A program made the position numbers and the translations under genes. This document shows, piece after piece, positions 1 through 13,105 of a DNA stretch of 38,131 bases (positions are counted from its first letter, which is position 1; every line of letters starts with the position of its first letter). Below the pieces are notes generated by a model. It was given only the letters and a program-made list of their open reading frames with translations. It was not told the DNA's origin and did not search any database. The DNA lies in the NCBI RefSeq assembly GCF_001194135.2, contig NC_068981.1:110394897-110433027 (forward strand). Reading direction: 5' to 3'. This DNA is from Octopus bimaculoides. Lineage: Eukaryota.

Positions 1-1760
1 TATCTTGAGCATCTCTGCAGTGATTCCTGATGGGCCGGGCCTTTCCCTGTCTTCATACTCTTAATTGCTTTATCTACCATGGTACTGTCAACTCGGATAG
101 CTGGTCCCTCAGTTGGGTCGACATTCGGCAGACTCTCTTTCTCCCATTCATTCTCTTTATTGAGCAATCTTTCGTAGTGGCGTCTCCAAACCTCTTTCTT
201 TGCAGCCTCATTTAGTGCAAGCGTACCATCATCCATGCGAACACATTTCTCTCCCACGACATCACGATTCTCTCTCACACACTGTCTTGCAACACGAAAT
301 ACCTCAAGTTTTTGATCCTCACTGCACAGAACATTGGCAAATTTTTTTCTTATCTGCATCCCCTCTGGCTAAATAAACCTGTCGCCTAGCTTCCCTTCTG
401 GCAGTCTGATACAATTCCCTGCTACCACCGTTCTTCCAGTCCTTCCAAGCCTGTTTATTTTGTCTAATAGCCCTGTCAACAACATTGTTCCACCACCACG
501 TTATTTTCGGTCGAGAGGGGACTTTGCACCATCCACAGATCTTGTCAGTGGCCCTCAGCAGGTTGTCCCGTAGAAACATCCAGTTGTCTTCTACATTGTG
601 TGAAGCTACATCCCCCTCTATTTCATCAAAGGCTTCGAGTAATATGTCTCTAAATCTCTGTCCATTCGCAGAATCTTTCAGCTTCCAGACCTTTCTCCTC
701 CAAGCTGGTCGTCTTCTAGGCAACCACTTAGCCCTTATCCTGAAGTCACTAACTATTAGTCTGTGTTGTGGGGTACATTCTTCGCCTGGGAAGGTTTTGG
801 CATTTATAAACAGCCATCTTTCCCTTTTCCTGGCGAGGATGTAGTCAATTTGGCTAGTGTGTCTGCCAGAACGGTAGGTGACTAGGTGACTGGCAAGCTT
901 CCTGAAGTTAGTATTGCAGACCATAAGGTCATTTGCATCACAGAACTCCAGCAGCCTGGTTCCCTCCTTGTTGCAGGAACCAAAACCATAGCCTCCATGT
1001 ACGCCATAGAAGCCCCCTGAATGTTGTCCAACATGACCATTGAAGTCACCAGCCACAAAGAGAAGGTCCCTGTCATTCGTTGACCAGGTAGTCTGCAGGA
1101 GGGAGTCATAAAATTAGTCTTTCTGTCCGTCGGGTAGCCCAGGCTGAGGGGCATAGGCCGAGATAATGGTTGCTAACCGATGGTGAAGGACTAATCTAAT
1201 TTTAAGTATTCTATCGGATATTCTAATTACCTCGATTACCTTATCCACCCATTTCTCTGCAAGAAGTATACCCATGCCCCCGACCCCATCTGTGTTCCCT
1301 GCCCAGAAAATCTTGTACCTGTGTTCTTTGCCTGTGAGGAACCTAGCGGAACCACCTCTCCACCTTACTCCTTGGAGGCAGCAGATATCGACACGTCTCT
1401 GTTCAATCATCTCAACAATTTCACTAGACCTACCTTTCAGCGTACCGACGTTAAGAGTGCCAACCCTGAGGGTGTGGAAGATATGGACCCATGAGACCCT
1501 GGGGCGGGGAACAGCAGCGTCATGTACCTGAAAAGAAAGCTCGCATTTTGCAGAATTCATAAACAATCAGCAGCAATCATTTCAGCCTGCATGTACTACA
1601 CTATCGTAATTTGCACCAAATGATCGCTTCCTTACATAGGAGATAAACCCTAAGTGGGGATGGGGGGAATGGCATGGAGTCTTTAGAAGTGTTCATGGGA
1701 GACAGTTAAGAACTTCCGGTGTTGGTGTAGAGGATAGGGACTTCCGGTAATGGTGGTGGC
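1..1760 (-). mobile_element. RTE-clade LINE, 5' part (APE endonuclease, linker, start of RT region), inactivated; runs off the left edge
   Basis: Minus-strand ORF pieces give APE motifs LRVGTLNVGTL, DICCLQ, ISAYAPQ, GDFNGHVG and SQIDYIL, then WRRHYERLLNKENEW and KSMKTGK. There is an in-frame TAA at 1114-1116, a frameshift in the poly-T near 345 and another near 30. The 5' boundary is approximate. Confidence 0.93.
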
Positions 1761-2379
1761 GGTGGGAGGGCGGGTGCACCAAGGCCATTGCTGCAGAGGT
1801 ATTTCGGTCGCACGCGCTATAGTTCTATAGGTCTGGTGGGCGAAGCCAGGGGTCAATGCAAATAGGTAGGAGAAGAGAAGAGAGATTGCTAGCGAGGGGG
1901 ATCGAGAGAGACAAAGAAAAGCAGATATCAAAAGAGACAGAGTAAGACAGAGGGAGGGGGGTTATGCCAGCATGAGGGAGAAGAGAGAAGTAGGTTTGGG
2001 GATTTCTGTCGCATAGACACATTAAACATTGAGTGGTATAAATAGAATTTTGAGAAATAAGGGTTTTCGGGTAGCTAAAGTCTAAGACAGAATTATAGAG
2101 ATAGGTGACTATTTCTTTTCATATAAGGAAGAGAAGCAAGTGAAGAACTGATTTTCTTTTCCTCGAGTGAATTGAAACATTGTGTTTAAACAATCAATTA
2201 TATTTATTTAATATTTTTATATTTCTTCTATGTCTATAAACAGGTTGTTGTGCATGTCTGTTCTTCATCAGTACAGTGTAGTCTGTCTTTTAAGTTAGGT
2301 AGAAAGGGATAGTGGAGAGATAAACTGGGTGTAAAGGAAATTAGATATAACATGCAAAAGTTGTGACTGTGATGGTATG

Positions 2380-3560
2380 AGCATGTGATGCAGATGGAGA
2401 ATGATAGCTACATAAGCAAGCACCAAACACTTAAAATGAATAGTGCTTATGGAAGAGGGAAACTCAGAAAGACTTGGGATAAGGTTGTAAAGAATTATCT
2501 CAAGATGATATAACTGATGCAGGGAGTGATAGAGGACTGTAGTGACTGGTAATATGCAGTGCTGCAGAAAACCTAACCTCCCATATAAGCTTGGTGCACT
2601 ACTTGTTGAAATAGTGGCAGGGAGCATGTATCCTTGCCCATTGCTTAGTGCATGCTTCCTCCACCCCTTTGCAATTGCTTATTCTATACTCTTACATCCC
2701 TTCTATTTTCCTACTCTCTGTATCTTCTATTTCCTCTCATCTCCTCACTATCTCTTCTACTCACTGTTCTATGCTATCCAGTTCTAATTGAAAAGAAAGC
2801 ATCTGATTTGTGCATACTGAATACCTCCATCTTCCTTTACAACCTATATCCTGCTACTCTTCTTCCTCTATCCTCCCACATCATGAAGCATGAGTGGGGT
2901 CAAGTTACACTCTGACAACCTTTACCCACCTGTCCTCCCTGATTCACTCTGATTTCTCATTATCATCTTACCTTTCTCTCATATACCACCCAACTACCCA
3001 CCCCATAACATGGTGTAGTTTTACCTCTTCTACTCAACCCACCTTACAGAACCTTTCACTCTCTAACTCACTCTCACTAATCCCCTGACACAACTTTTCT
3101 CTCTTCACTCTTACTTTTCTTTGACACATCCACCTATATGGAGTGGCACTGTATCTTCTCTTGCTCAATTCCCTCCTCCATCCTTTCACTCTATAACTCT
3201 CTATTAACCCCACTAACACTTCTTTTTCATCTTTCCCTCCTGTTAACCCCTTACCTAATACTGTTTTTTTTTCTTTCTCAGCCATAAATCTGTTCCCTCC
3301 ATCATCAATGGAGCTTTTTTTCACTTTACAAGCTTCAAGGCAATGCCACTTGTGTTAGTGTGAAGAAAAAAGCATCATGTATGCTCTGTAAGCAGTTGCT
3401 AAACAAATTGAACAGCAACAATGCAAGGTTTGAAAGGGCTCTAGTTTTTCCAACAGTTAAGCAATATCTATAGTGCTAGTGCCATAAAAAAAATGCACCC
3501 AGTACACTCTGCAGTGTTTGGTATTAAGGAGGACATCTAGCTATGGAAGTCATACTAAAA
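2380..3560 (+). mobile_element. Old, degenerate RTE-type LINE 3' end (ORF end, long CT-rich 3' UTR, tail)
   Basis: 2440-2500 encodes GRGKLRKTWDKVVK (RTE C-terminus). About 700 bp of pyrimidine-rich sequence follows, then a decayed cacccagtacactctg tail motif near 3495. Confidence 0.6.
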
Positions 3561-4142
3561 CTATGATACTGAAGAAGTTGTTCTCTGGCTCTTTGAGATT
3601 AATAGAGAAAAGGGAAAATAAAGGGGTAAGTCATAGTGACTGACAACTTCTGCTGAGATAGTCTTAAAGAGGTAGAGTCTTAGTCACTTACACAACTTCT
3701 ATTCATATGTCACCTGTTTTAAACTACTAATTATGACAAAAAAAAAAATGGATTTGCTATGTTGAACCACCTAACACGAAGTTTTTACCAATGGACCAAT
3801 TACCTTGTTTAATACCACAACCTAGGCTTTTGGAATCTTTAGCAAAGGCATCACTGTTGCAAACATTTAGATTTGGTCTCTATTCTAATGAAAGACCACT
3901 GCTTTGTACTGTAACAAGCCAGGAATGAATCATAGTTTCTTCTAGCTTTTCCTGACATCAGTCTTCAAGGCTTTGCAAAGGTGTAACCTTTTCTCCTTTG
4001 ACTTCATTCAATAAAAAAAAGGAAAATAGAATATTGTTTTACTGGAATATGAAGGAAATTATTGATTATATGAATAATTATAAGGCTTCCGATAGGGCTT
4101 CTGATAGTGTATTTAAGTGCACTGAAATGCTAAGCATATATA

Positions 4143-4250
4143 GGTACAGGCATGACTCTATGGTTAAGAAGTTTACTTTGCAACCACATGGTTCAGATTC
4201 AGTCCTACTCCTACTGTACATTACCTTAATCAAGTGTTTTTTACTTTAGT
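4143..4250 (+). mobile_element. Degenerate tRNA-derived SINE head (family 1)
   Basis: ggcatgactctatggttaagaag...caaccacatggttcagattcagtcc matches the reverse complement of the SINE ends at 9240-9301 and 16000-16054. Confidence 0.6.
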
Positions 4251-4494
4251 GTAGGACTGACCATAGGCATTAGTAAGTGGAAACAGTAAAAACTGACCAT
4301 GATTGTATGTGTATATGCACATGTATATACTTTACCAATTTACATCGGTTAAAGAAAATATCATTGGCAAAGTTAAAAGCTGAAAAGCCAATGTGTTCTG
4401 TATAAAGTCCCTTCCAATATTTGCTCTGCATTGAGGTAACAGATACTCTCTTTTTACTATCAATATGATTGGTGTTTGGAAATCTGTAACCAGT

Positions 4495-5835
4495 GTGATA
4501 TATTGAGTGGCCAAAAATGAACATCCATATCTGGCTTTTGTTGACATGGAGAAATCCTTTCACAGGGTCCCCCACTCCCTTTTCTGTAGGGCAGTATGGA
4601 AACTAGGGATCTATGACTGGTCGGTGAGAGCTGTACAAGCCATGTACAGGGATACTGTCAGTAAGGTGAGAGTCACCAATGAGTATAGCAAGGAGTTTAG
4701 TATACATGTAAGAGATCATCAGGGATTGAGTCTTAGCCACTTCTTGTTTATCATAGTTCTCCAAGCTATAACTGAAGAATTTAAGAGTGGCTGCCCTTGG
4801 GAGCTTCTCTATGTTGATGGCCTTGTTTTTATAGTTGAATCACTAGCAGAACTAGAGAAGAAATTTCAGGTATGGAAGCTCAGACTGGAATCAAAGGGCC
4901 TTAGAGTTAATTTAGGAAAAAACCAAAGTCTTGATAAGTAGGAAAGCAGACAAATCACAGATCCCTTCAGGAAGATAGCCCTGCATAATATGTAGAAAAG
5001 GTGTCTGGAGAAACTCCATGTGGTGTATTTAGCGTAAACTATGAACACATAAGAAGTACAGTGGTATCACTGGAAGACTAACAGAGAAAGTAGTCTTTAC
5101 ATGTGGCAGATGTGCATGTACATTAAACACCAGGAATGTACAAAAAATAGACTTTTTCAAATGTCCAGTTCCTTAGAAGTAGTAGACAGTTTCCGTTACT
5201 TAGGTGACCAAGTTAGTAGTGTGGGTAGGTTGTTCCGAAAGCATAGCTATAAGAATAGGCTGGACGAAGTTCAGGGAACTACTACCTCTGTTAGAAACAA
5301 AGGGCCTCTCCCTCTGAGTGACAGGCAGATTGTATGATGCCTGTGTAATGAACTGCTATGCTACATGGCAGTGAGATGTGGGCTATGACTACTGAGGATA
5401 TGTGAAGGCTTGAAAGAAATGAAGTCAGTATGCTCAGCTGGATGAGTAATATTAGTGTGCATATACAACAAAGTGAGAGTGATTTAAGAGAAAAACTGGG
5501 TATACAAGGCATCAGATGTAGTGTGCAAGAGAAAAAAAGTAAAAGTGTGGTTGTCCTTGCATACTTGTTCTCTGCATTTTTCACCAGCTGAGTATTCCTA
5601 ATCTTATGGGCTTGTAGGTGCTGGTACCATATAAAAAACACCTATACTGGTGCTATGTAAATGCACCTGTGCCAGTGCTGCATGATAGCACCCAGTACAC
5701 TCTGTAGAGTAGTTGGTATTAGAAAGGGTATCCAGCCATAGAAACCAAGCCAAAACAGATACGGAACCTGGTCAGTTCCTGTCAAAATGTCCAACCCATG
5801 CCAGCATGGAAAACAGACGCTAAATGATGATGTGG
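4495..5835 (+). mobile_element. 5'-truncated, decayed RTE LINE: RT core with embedded PHD-like finger, C-terminus and 3' tail
   Basis: ORF 4507-4941 has LAFVDMEKSFHRVP, HQGLSLS and LLYVDGLV (YADD equivalent). A Cys-rich block follows at 4982-5113, then LEVVDSFRYLG. The tail ends in atgatgatg near 5825-5832. Confidence 0.9.
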
Positions 5836-6074
5836 GTGGGTTTTTTTTATTCATTAGGAAAGAAATAGTGAATTTAAAAGTATTTATTTTGAATCTTCCA
5901 AGTAACTAAGTGCTTGTAAGCAGTTTTCAGCAAAATAAACTTTTACCTTAAAATTATAATTGTGGTGGCCTTTTCAATGACAAACAATAAAGAGTTTAAT
6001 ATAAAATTCTGAAGAGCCTCTACTTGTATTTCCAATCAATTTCCATTAAAAATATAATATATTCCACTATTGGG

Positions 6075-6300
6075 TGGACGGAAGAACATGTTGAGTACTG
6101 GACAAAATGCCTTATCAATTTATATTAATTTATTAATTTCTGTTGTCTATTTATATCATTCAATTCCATCAGGGTTAACTTTGTCTTTCATCCTTCAAGG
6201 ATCAATAAAATAACTCCTATGTAATCGGGTCCATATGATTGACTACACTTGTCTTATAAATTTGGTGGCATTATGCTTATGTTAAAGATATTTAATATGA
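6075..6300 (+). mobile_element. Degenerate tRNA-derived SINE (family 2)
   Basis: Contains tttgtctttcatccttcaaggatcaataaaat, shared with the copies at 17680-17710 and 21640-21665. Confidence 0.5.
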
Positions 6301-6535
6301 TTGGAACTATAAAATTAGTAAAATATTCATAACATTCATATTGCTTTAATTCAAGACAGAGATCGACCAAATCATTTTCACTATACAAATAAATTTTTTA
6401 ATGAAATAGTTTAGCAAAATTCTGTTATTTCATACACCTAAACATTATAGTAAAAGGAGGTTTTCTTTAAAGAACCTAAACATTTTGATATTCACTCATT
6501 GTAACATCAGCATTTAATAATAAACGATTATCAAA

Positions 6536-6910
6536 TCATCATCATCATTTAGCATCCGTTTTCCATGCTGGCATGGGTTAGATGATTTGACTGTTCTACA
6601 GTAAACCGGAGAGCTGTACCTGGCTCCAGTTTGGTTTGGCTTGGTTTCTACAGCTGGAAGTCCTTTCTAACACCAACCACTCCAAGAGTATAGTGGGCAC
6701 CTTTTATGTGTCATTGGCACTGGCCACAACTACAATTTCACCTGGCTTGACTTGTCTTCTTAAGGGTTCTTAAGCACAGCAAATTGCCAAAGGTCTCAAT
6801 CACTTGTCATCATCTCCATGAGACTCAACATCTGAAAATCATGTTTCACCACCTCATCCTTTGTCTTCCTGAGTCTACCTCTTCCATAGGTTCTTGTCAC
6901 AGTTGGAGAT
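6536..6910 (-). mobile_element. RTE LINE 3' end fragment
   Basis: (ATC)n tail, then ttttccatgctggcatgggtt...ctacagctgga; the minus strand near 6870 encodes GRGRLRKTKDEVVKH. Confidence 0.8.
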
Positions 6911-8884
6911 CATGTGATATTTCCTATATAGCAATCTCATGAATTCAGAAAACTTGTTTAGGTGTTTAGGAAAAAGATTTTGTAAATTTTTGTGATCAGT
7001 GAAAAATAATATCTATTGAAGATTTAGACGGAATCTATCTATTGCGTTATTCATCAGTTATTCGTACGAGAAATACTAAAAATTTTCCAAGTTGAATGCC
7101 TAGCTTTCAAGAGCATAGTTCTCATTTTCTATATCTATATTTCTAATATAACTTTTTATACAAGTTGTATCTGTAGCAATAATGTAACTTGAAAGTACTT
7201 GATTAACAAATTAAACAAATTAATTTAATTTTCAGCAATTTGTAATTCTTTTACTGGTAAAATTCCAACAAATTCTTTTGTAGCCAAATCTTACTTAAGT
7301 AGTATATTGTTAATACTAAAGTCAACAAATTTTGAGAACTCTAATGAAACTTGGTTGACATTTCTTCAGTATAGGCAAACAAAAGAGAAATTACAAGATA
7401 TTCTCATTATATTGGTTAAATTAGTATAAATGAGGTGATTAGCTGAACTTGGGTCTGATTTCTCTCTCTCTCTCTCTCCCTGTCCCCCCCCCCTGCTTTT
7501 ACCAATATGTAATGGTAGTTTAAAACTGGTCATTTTGAAATATGCAAATAAACTGTATTAGTAAACTCACTTTGCAATTATGTGTATGTTTACGTTCTAC
7601 TTATTTCCTCGTTTTGTTGTTGTGTACTGAGACTGTTTAGAAAAAAAAAAAAACGGCACATGCATATGCTTGCACAAACACACACACATTGAAAAATATA
7701 AACTGATCATAGTCTCTTCAAAGACATAAATTAAATATTTTACTCTATCTAAAGTGTCAAGTTCCATTATTTTTAATATTGTAATTGCACTTACACAGTA
7801 CACAAAACCTGGTCTCTTTCTATCTCACACACACACACACACACTAATTGAACTGTCATGTTGATTAACAGGTCAGCAAGATTGTTTGCTGGCCTGTGAA
7901 TGTTATAAGGAAAGCAACTTTACATTGTTTTTTTGCTATGAATACATCTGGCCTGTGAGGTGTCTATTTTAAGAATTTCTTTCAAACTGTTTCAACTTTT
8001 CCCAAGCTGAAATGAATTTCTCCTGTTTTGGTGGTATTGTGTCTGTTGAAATAATCAGAAGCAACTTTTGTTTGTTAAGACAAATTTAGACTGCTTGCTG
8101 TAAAATAAATGTTATAGCTACATGACAACTGTGATTTCAATTAGATGTCAAACTGTTATATTCTACTTAGATTTCATGCATACTAAGATATGTAATAATT
8201 CATTTTTGATTTTAGTTTATACATTTCAAGCCATTTAATGTTTATACAAATATTGCTAAATAAACAGATCACTCACTTAAAATGAATTTTAAAAATTTTT
8301 GTTATTGCTTTATTTATAAATATTATTTTTCCTTGTATGATATTCTTTGTAAAAGTTTTATTTTTATTTATTAATTTTTTAAAATTCTGTTGTTTGATTT
8401 GAATACTTAAAATTCTTGAGATTTATAATTGTTTAGTCAGCAGTCTTAGTAAACTTTCTTTGTATAACATAACAGTGAGGTCAGTAGAATGCAGAGCTGA
8501 TGCTATTGTTGTAAAGTAGTGCATCTGTAAATGGAATAAAAAAAAGCTATCAAATGTAAATACCTAAAACCTTCATAAATGTTCGTATGGCTCAGATTGT
8601 TCTGTGAGGAAATGAGAATAATATTTAACCTAGCAGGTTTTTTATGGCAGCCCACAATTTTTCAGAGTAATAGCAACCCAGTTTATTTTTGTATTCAATA
8701 ACATTCAATCTCTGCGTAACCCCTTAATTCTTTAGTATACCTAAGTTTAGCATACTCAAGAGCGGATGTATTGTCATGAACATAGCAGCTATGACAGCAA
8801 AATCTGAAGCATAAATATCTGTTGGGGTAAACAATATAAATTGTTTAGAATATATACATATACTTTCATATATCTTTTATTTTT

Positions 8885-9107
8885 TACTTGTTTCAGTCAG
8901 TGGACTGCAGCCATGCTGGGGCACTGCCTTCAAGAAATTTTAGTTAAATGAATCACAAATCAATCCCAGTATTTTTCTTTCTTTTTTTTTTTAACCTGGT
9001 GCTTATTCTATCAGTCACTTTTTGCCAAGTCACTAAATTACAGGGATGTAAACACACCAATACCAGTTATCAAGTGGTGGTGAAGGACAAACACAGACAC
9101 AATGCGT

Positions 9108-9143
<36 letters not shown>

Positions 9144-9301
9144 CAGGCCTCTTCCAGTTTCTGTCTACCAAATCCACTCACAAAGTTTTGGTCATCCAGG
9201 GACCATAGTAAAAGACACTTGCCCCCCCAAGATACCACTCAGTGGAACTGAACCTGGAGCCATGTAGTTGGAAAGCAAGATTCTTATCACACAGCCATGC
9301 C
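8885..9301 (-). mobile_element. tRNA-derived SINE (family 1) with internal (CA)n
   Basis: Minus strand begins gcatggctgtgtgataagaatcttgcttt...ggttcagttcc. Colinear with 15685-16054 and 34098-34345. Confidence 0.8.
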
Positions 9302-9907
9302 AGTATTCCAACAGTATTTCAAATAAATAATTATGTTGGTTATTTTTTAGTTATTTCATTTACAAAAAAAAAAGCTCTTTCATGCAACTTATATCTGTGT
9401 TAGTGGTGTACATGCACATGTATAAATACTTTCTTATTATTTATATTAATAAGATTGTCTAGTAATAAATTAAACCCTCAAAAGTTGACTGTGTGAAATC
9501 ATTTGAAGATTGATAAAATAAGTCAAATACAGGGATTGGTTTAATTAACTATACCTCTTCACTTGAGACTCATTTACTTCCATGTGACATTTAAAATGTT
9601 TGTTTTATATTTGTCATGTTACACTTGATTTCCCAGTGTTTATAGTATTTCCTAAACTATTTCTAAATATATTAGACATCACACGTGTTACAAATTTCCA
9701 CATGTGCGCATTACCTACTATCTGTTGCAGTGAATTTTACCACTTTGTTGTCCTGTCTTGACTCGATTTCTGATCTCCATTTTATACAGTTTTCTATTAA
9801 TTCCTGTCTAGTCTGCATTTCTGTACTTCTCTCTCCATAAAGTACTAACATCACTGCATTGTCAATATCATCTTTACTTTGATATGGTCATTTCTTCTTT
9901 CTTACAG

Positions 9908-10005
9908 ACATTTGATGAATGTGTAGAAGAAAATGGTGAGGACTGTGATCCTAACAACCTCTGGATGCAGATACCTTTCTTCTGTGGTCATGCTGCTGAG
10001 TGTTG
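9908..10005 (+). CDS. HS2ST1: Heparan sulfate 2-O-sulfotransferase, internal exon (98 nt, phase 0 to 2)
   Basis: Acceptor ttcttacag, donor gtaagt. Encodes TFDECVEENGEDCDPNNLWMQIPFFCGHAAEC(W), matching the HS2ST1 TFDECV...WLQIPFFCGH...ECW segment. Absent from the ORF track. Confidence 0.95.
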
Positions 10006-11643
10006 GTAAGTGTTGTTTTTATTTTACCAGTATACATTCTAATCAGTGTATTTCCTATTTAGACATTAATCTCTTCTAAGTCCAGTCATATGTGGTTTTG
10101 CTTTGTTTCTCAGTACATATGGATGTATTGGCACAACTGTCCCTGGAATACCAAATAACCAAGACTTATTATGTACTAACTAAGCCAATTTTGACTGTTA
10201 TTGTTGTTTAGACACATACAACCTTGATCAGACAGACCTATGATCAAATGCATTCCAACAATAACCATCCCACTTTTTCTCCAAAGGTCCAGTGACTGCA
10301 ATCCAATGTGTAGAACTTAATGTAAGATGCAAGAGAGATTTGACTGCTATTTCTAGTAGTTGGAGTGACCATGCATAGACTTCTGCATTAGCATATTTCA
10401 ACTATTTGTATGATAAGGTGTGATTGTTTGAATTTTTTAAAAAATCACAATGAGAAAAAAATTCATTATGTACTAATAACATTGAGCAGCTTAATATATC
10501 TTTGAGGGCTTCATTTTGTTGTAAATTTTTCTCAGTAATTATATAGACAAAAAATGAATTAACATGAAAACATTGTGTATATGTTTTAAAGAATCCACAA
10601 AAGTTATTCTGAAAAGTATTTGTTTGATGGTTATAAGCTATTAGTTACTTAATGAATTCCTTTCTTAACATAGTTAAAGTATCAAAGTGTTGCAAGAGAT
10701 GCACTGTTGTTAAATTAGCATCATTTTTTTTTTGTGCAGTAGTCTTTGATAATCAGACCAGTAACAACTAAACAAATACAAATTGACCTATATACCACAC
10801 TACAAACACTATAAAGCCAACTATTGTATCAAGGGTTATATAAAGTGCTTCCAGATTGAAATGGCATGTCCCAGATATGAAACGGCTTAAACTGATTTGT
10901 TGCTGCAAGTGTCATTAGTAATATTTACCATGAACCAATGAAGAAATCTTTACAGGGTTGCTTGTCTTGTTAGAAATAGTAGTTAATTTTTCCTAAATTC
11001 TGACTATACTGTTTTTAAAAAAGGGACATATTGGATGAGGTAGTTCAAGATTTACTGCACTTAGGAAAAGTTAGATGAACATAACTGGAATTCCTTTTGA
11101 TCATAAGTCTGAGCTTCTGTATTTTATGAATTATTTTTGATTTGTAATTCTCTAATTCTCAAAATATTACTTTTTGAGATATATAGCTGTTTTTTGCTGG
11201 AGAAGTTCAAGTGAAGTTTTGTCTTGGTAAGGATGAAAATAGCTTCCTTTGTACAGTAGAAATATTCTGCCATGTCACCAGATCCCCTATCTGACCAAAA
11301 GTTAAAGGTTGTTTATTGTTAGAATTAGTGGTAAATGTCTCCATGCTTTTAATTCCTGATTCTGAATGATGTCTACCTATTCATATTCATGTCATTTTTC
11401 TTTTCCTCCTGGTTTCCAGTAAGAGATTGAAAATGACATGAAAATACTCTATATATGTGTCTATGTACACATTTATGCAAAAAAAGAAAAAAGAAAAGAA
11501 AGGAAAGAAAGAAAATTCAGTACACTGAAACAGTATGGACTAAAATTCAGAGTTTTCCATTTTGATTTATCAGACAATTGACAATAGCCCAAGTGAAATC
11601 ATAGAATTGTAGGTAAAATATACTACACTCTAAAACCTTATTA

Positions 11644-11646
<3 letters not shown>

Positions 11647-11682
<36 letters not shown>

Positions 11683-11756
11683 NNNNNNNNNNNNNNNNNN
11701 NNNNNNTAGATAGATAGATAGATAGATAGATAGATATACATACATACACACACACA
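11647..11756. repeat. Compound microsatellite (AT)n / gap / (TAGA)n / (CA)n
   Basis: Read directly; N-gap at 11683-11706. Confidence 0.9.
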
Positions 11757-11870
11757 TGCACATACAAAAGCTGAAGTTGATGAAAAAATGTAGCTGCAAA
11801 ACTATTGTTTTGTATGTGGGGGATAAAAATACTCTATCTTTATTATCAATTCTGATTGTTTGAGCTGTTT

Positions 11871-13105
11871 CATCATCATCATCGTTTAACGTCCGCTTTC
11901 CATGCTAGCATGGGTTGGACGATTTGACTGAGGACTGGTGAAACCGGATGGCAACACCAGGCTCCAGTCTGATTTGGCAGAGTTTCTACAGCTGGATGCC
12001 CTTCCTAACGCCAACCACTCAGAGAGTGTAGTGGGTGCTTTTACGTGTCACCCGCACGAAAACGGCCACGCTCGAAATGGTGTCTTTTATGTGCCNNNNN
12101 NNNNNNNNNNNNNNNNNNNNNNNNNNNNNNNNNNNNNNNNNNNNNNNNNNNNNNNNNNNNNNNNNNNNNNNNNNNNNNNNNNNNNNNNNNNNNNNNNNNN
12201 NNNNNNNNNNNNNNNNNNNNNNNNNNNNNNNNNNNNNNNNNNNNNNNNNNNNNNNNNNNNNNNNNNNNNNNNNNNNNNNNNNNNNNNNNNNNNNNNNNNN
12301 NNNNNNNNNNNNNNNNNNNNNNNNNNNNNNNNNNNNNNNNNNNNNNNNNNNNNNNNNNNNNNNNNNNNNNNNNNNNNNNNNNNNNNNNNNNNNNNNNNNN
12401 NNNNNNNNNNNNNNNNNNNNNNNNNNNNNNNNNNNNNNNNNNNNNNNNNNNNNNNNNNNNNNNNNNNNNNNNNNNNNNNNNNNNNNNNNNNNNNNNNNNN
12501 NNNNNNNNNNNNNNNNNNNNNNNNNNNNNNNNNNNNNNNNNNNNNNNNNNNNNNNNNNNNNNNNNNNNNNNNNNNNNNNNNNNNNNNNNNNNNNNNNNNN
12601 NNNNNNNNNNNNNNNNNNNNNNNNNNNNNNNNNNNNNNNNNNNNNNNNNNNNNNNNNNNNNNNNNNNNNNNNNNNNNNNNNNNNNNNNNNNNNNNNNNNN
12701 NNNNNNNNNNNNNNNNNNNNNNNNNGTCATACAGTCTGCCTTTTACTCTGAGTGAGAGTCCCTTTGTCGCCAGCAGGGGTAAGAGCTCTCTAAACTTTGC
12801 CCAGGCTATTCTTATTCTAGCAGCTACACTTTCAGCGCACCCACCCCCACTACTAACTTGGTCGCCCAGATAGCGGAAGCTATCGACTACCTCTAGTTTT
12901 TCACCCTGGAATGAGATAGAAGTTGTTTCCTGTTTGTTTGCAGTCTTTATTGCACCTGAACATCTGCCACAAACAAAAACTAACTTGCTAGTTAACCTGC
13001 CTTTGATGTTGCTGCACCTCTTATGTGTCCATAGCTTGCACCGGGTACATCTTATAGAGTTACTACCTACTCCTTTTCTACATACTGAGCAGGGCCATCT
13101 ACCTG
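11871..13105 (-). mobile_element. Young 5'-truncated RTE LINE spanning the 12096-12725 gap; RT C-terminal part with intact PHD-type finger
   Basis: Minus-strand GRWPCSVCRKGVGSNSIRCTRCKLWTHKRCS...CGRC...LEVVDSFRYLG...AWAKFRELLPLL. The 3' tail at 11871-12040 is near-identical to the copies at 29030-29198 and 29418-29600. Confidence 0.92.
12096..12725. other. Assembly gap (others at 11683-11706, 22663-22726, 34848-34857)
   Basis: Runs of N. Confidence 1.

Noticed and set aside
1528-1635. GT-AG intron-like segment in the RTE 5' region (minus strand gtaagg...ttttcag)
   Set aside because: An in-frame ATG (1558-1560) lies inside it and already opens the endonuclease ORF. Splicing does not join the upstream ATG in frame.
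11938-12873. Long ORFs of 229-311 aa in the track
   Set aside because: Artefacts of translating through the N-gap. Only the 12726-13105 part of the minus-strand ORF is real (RTE RT).
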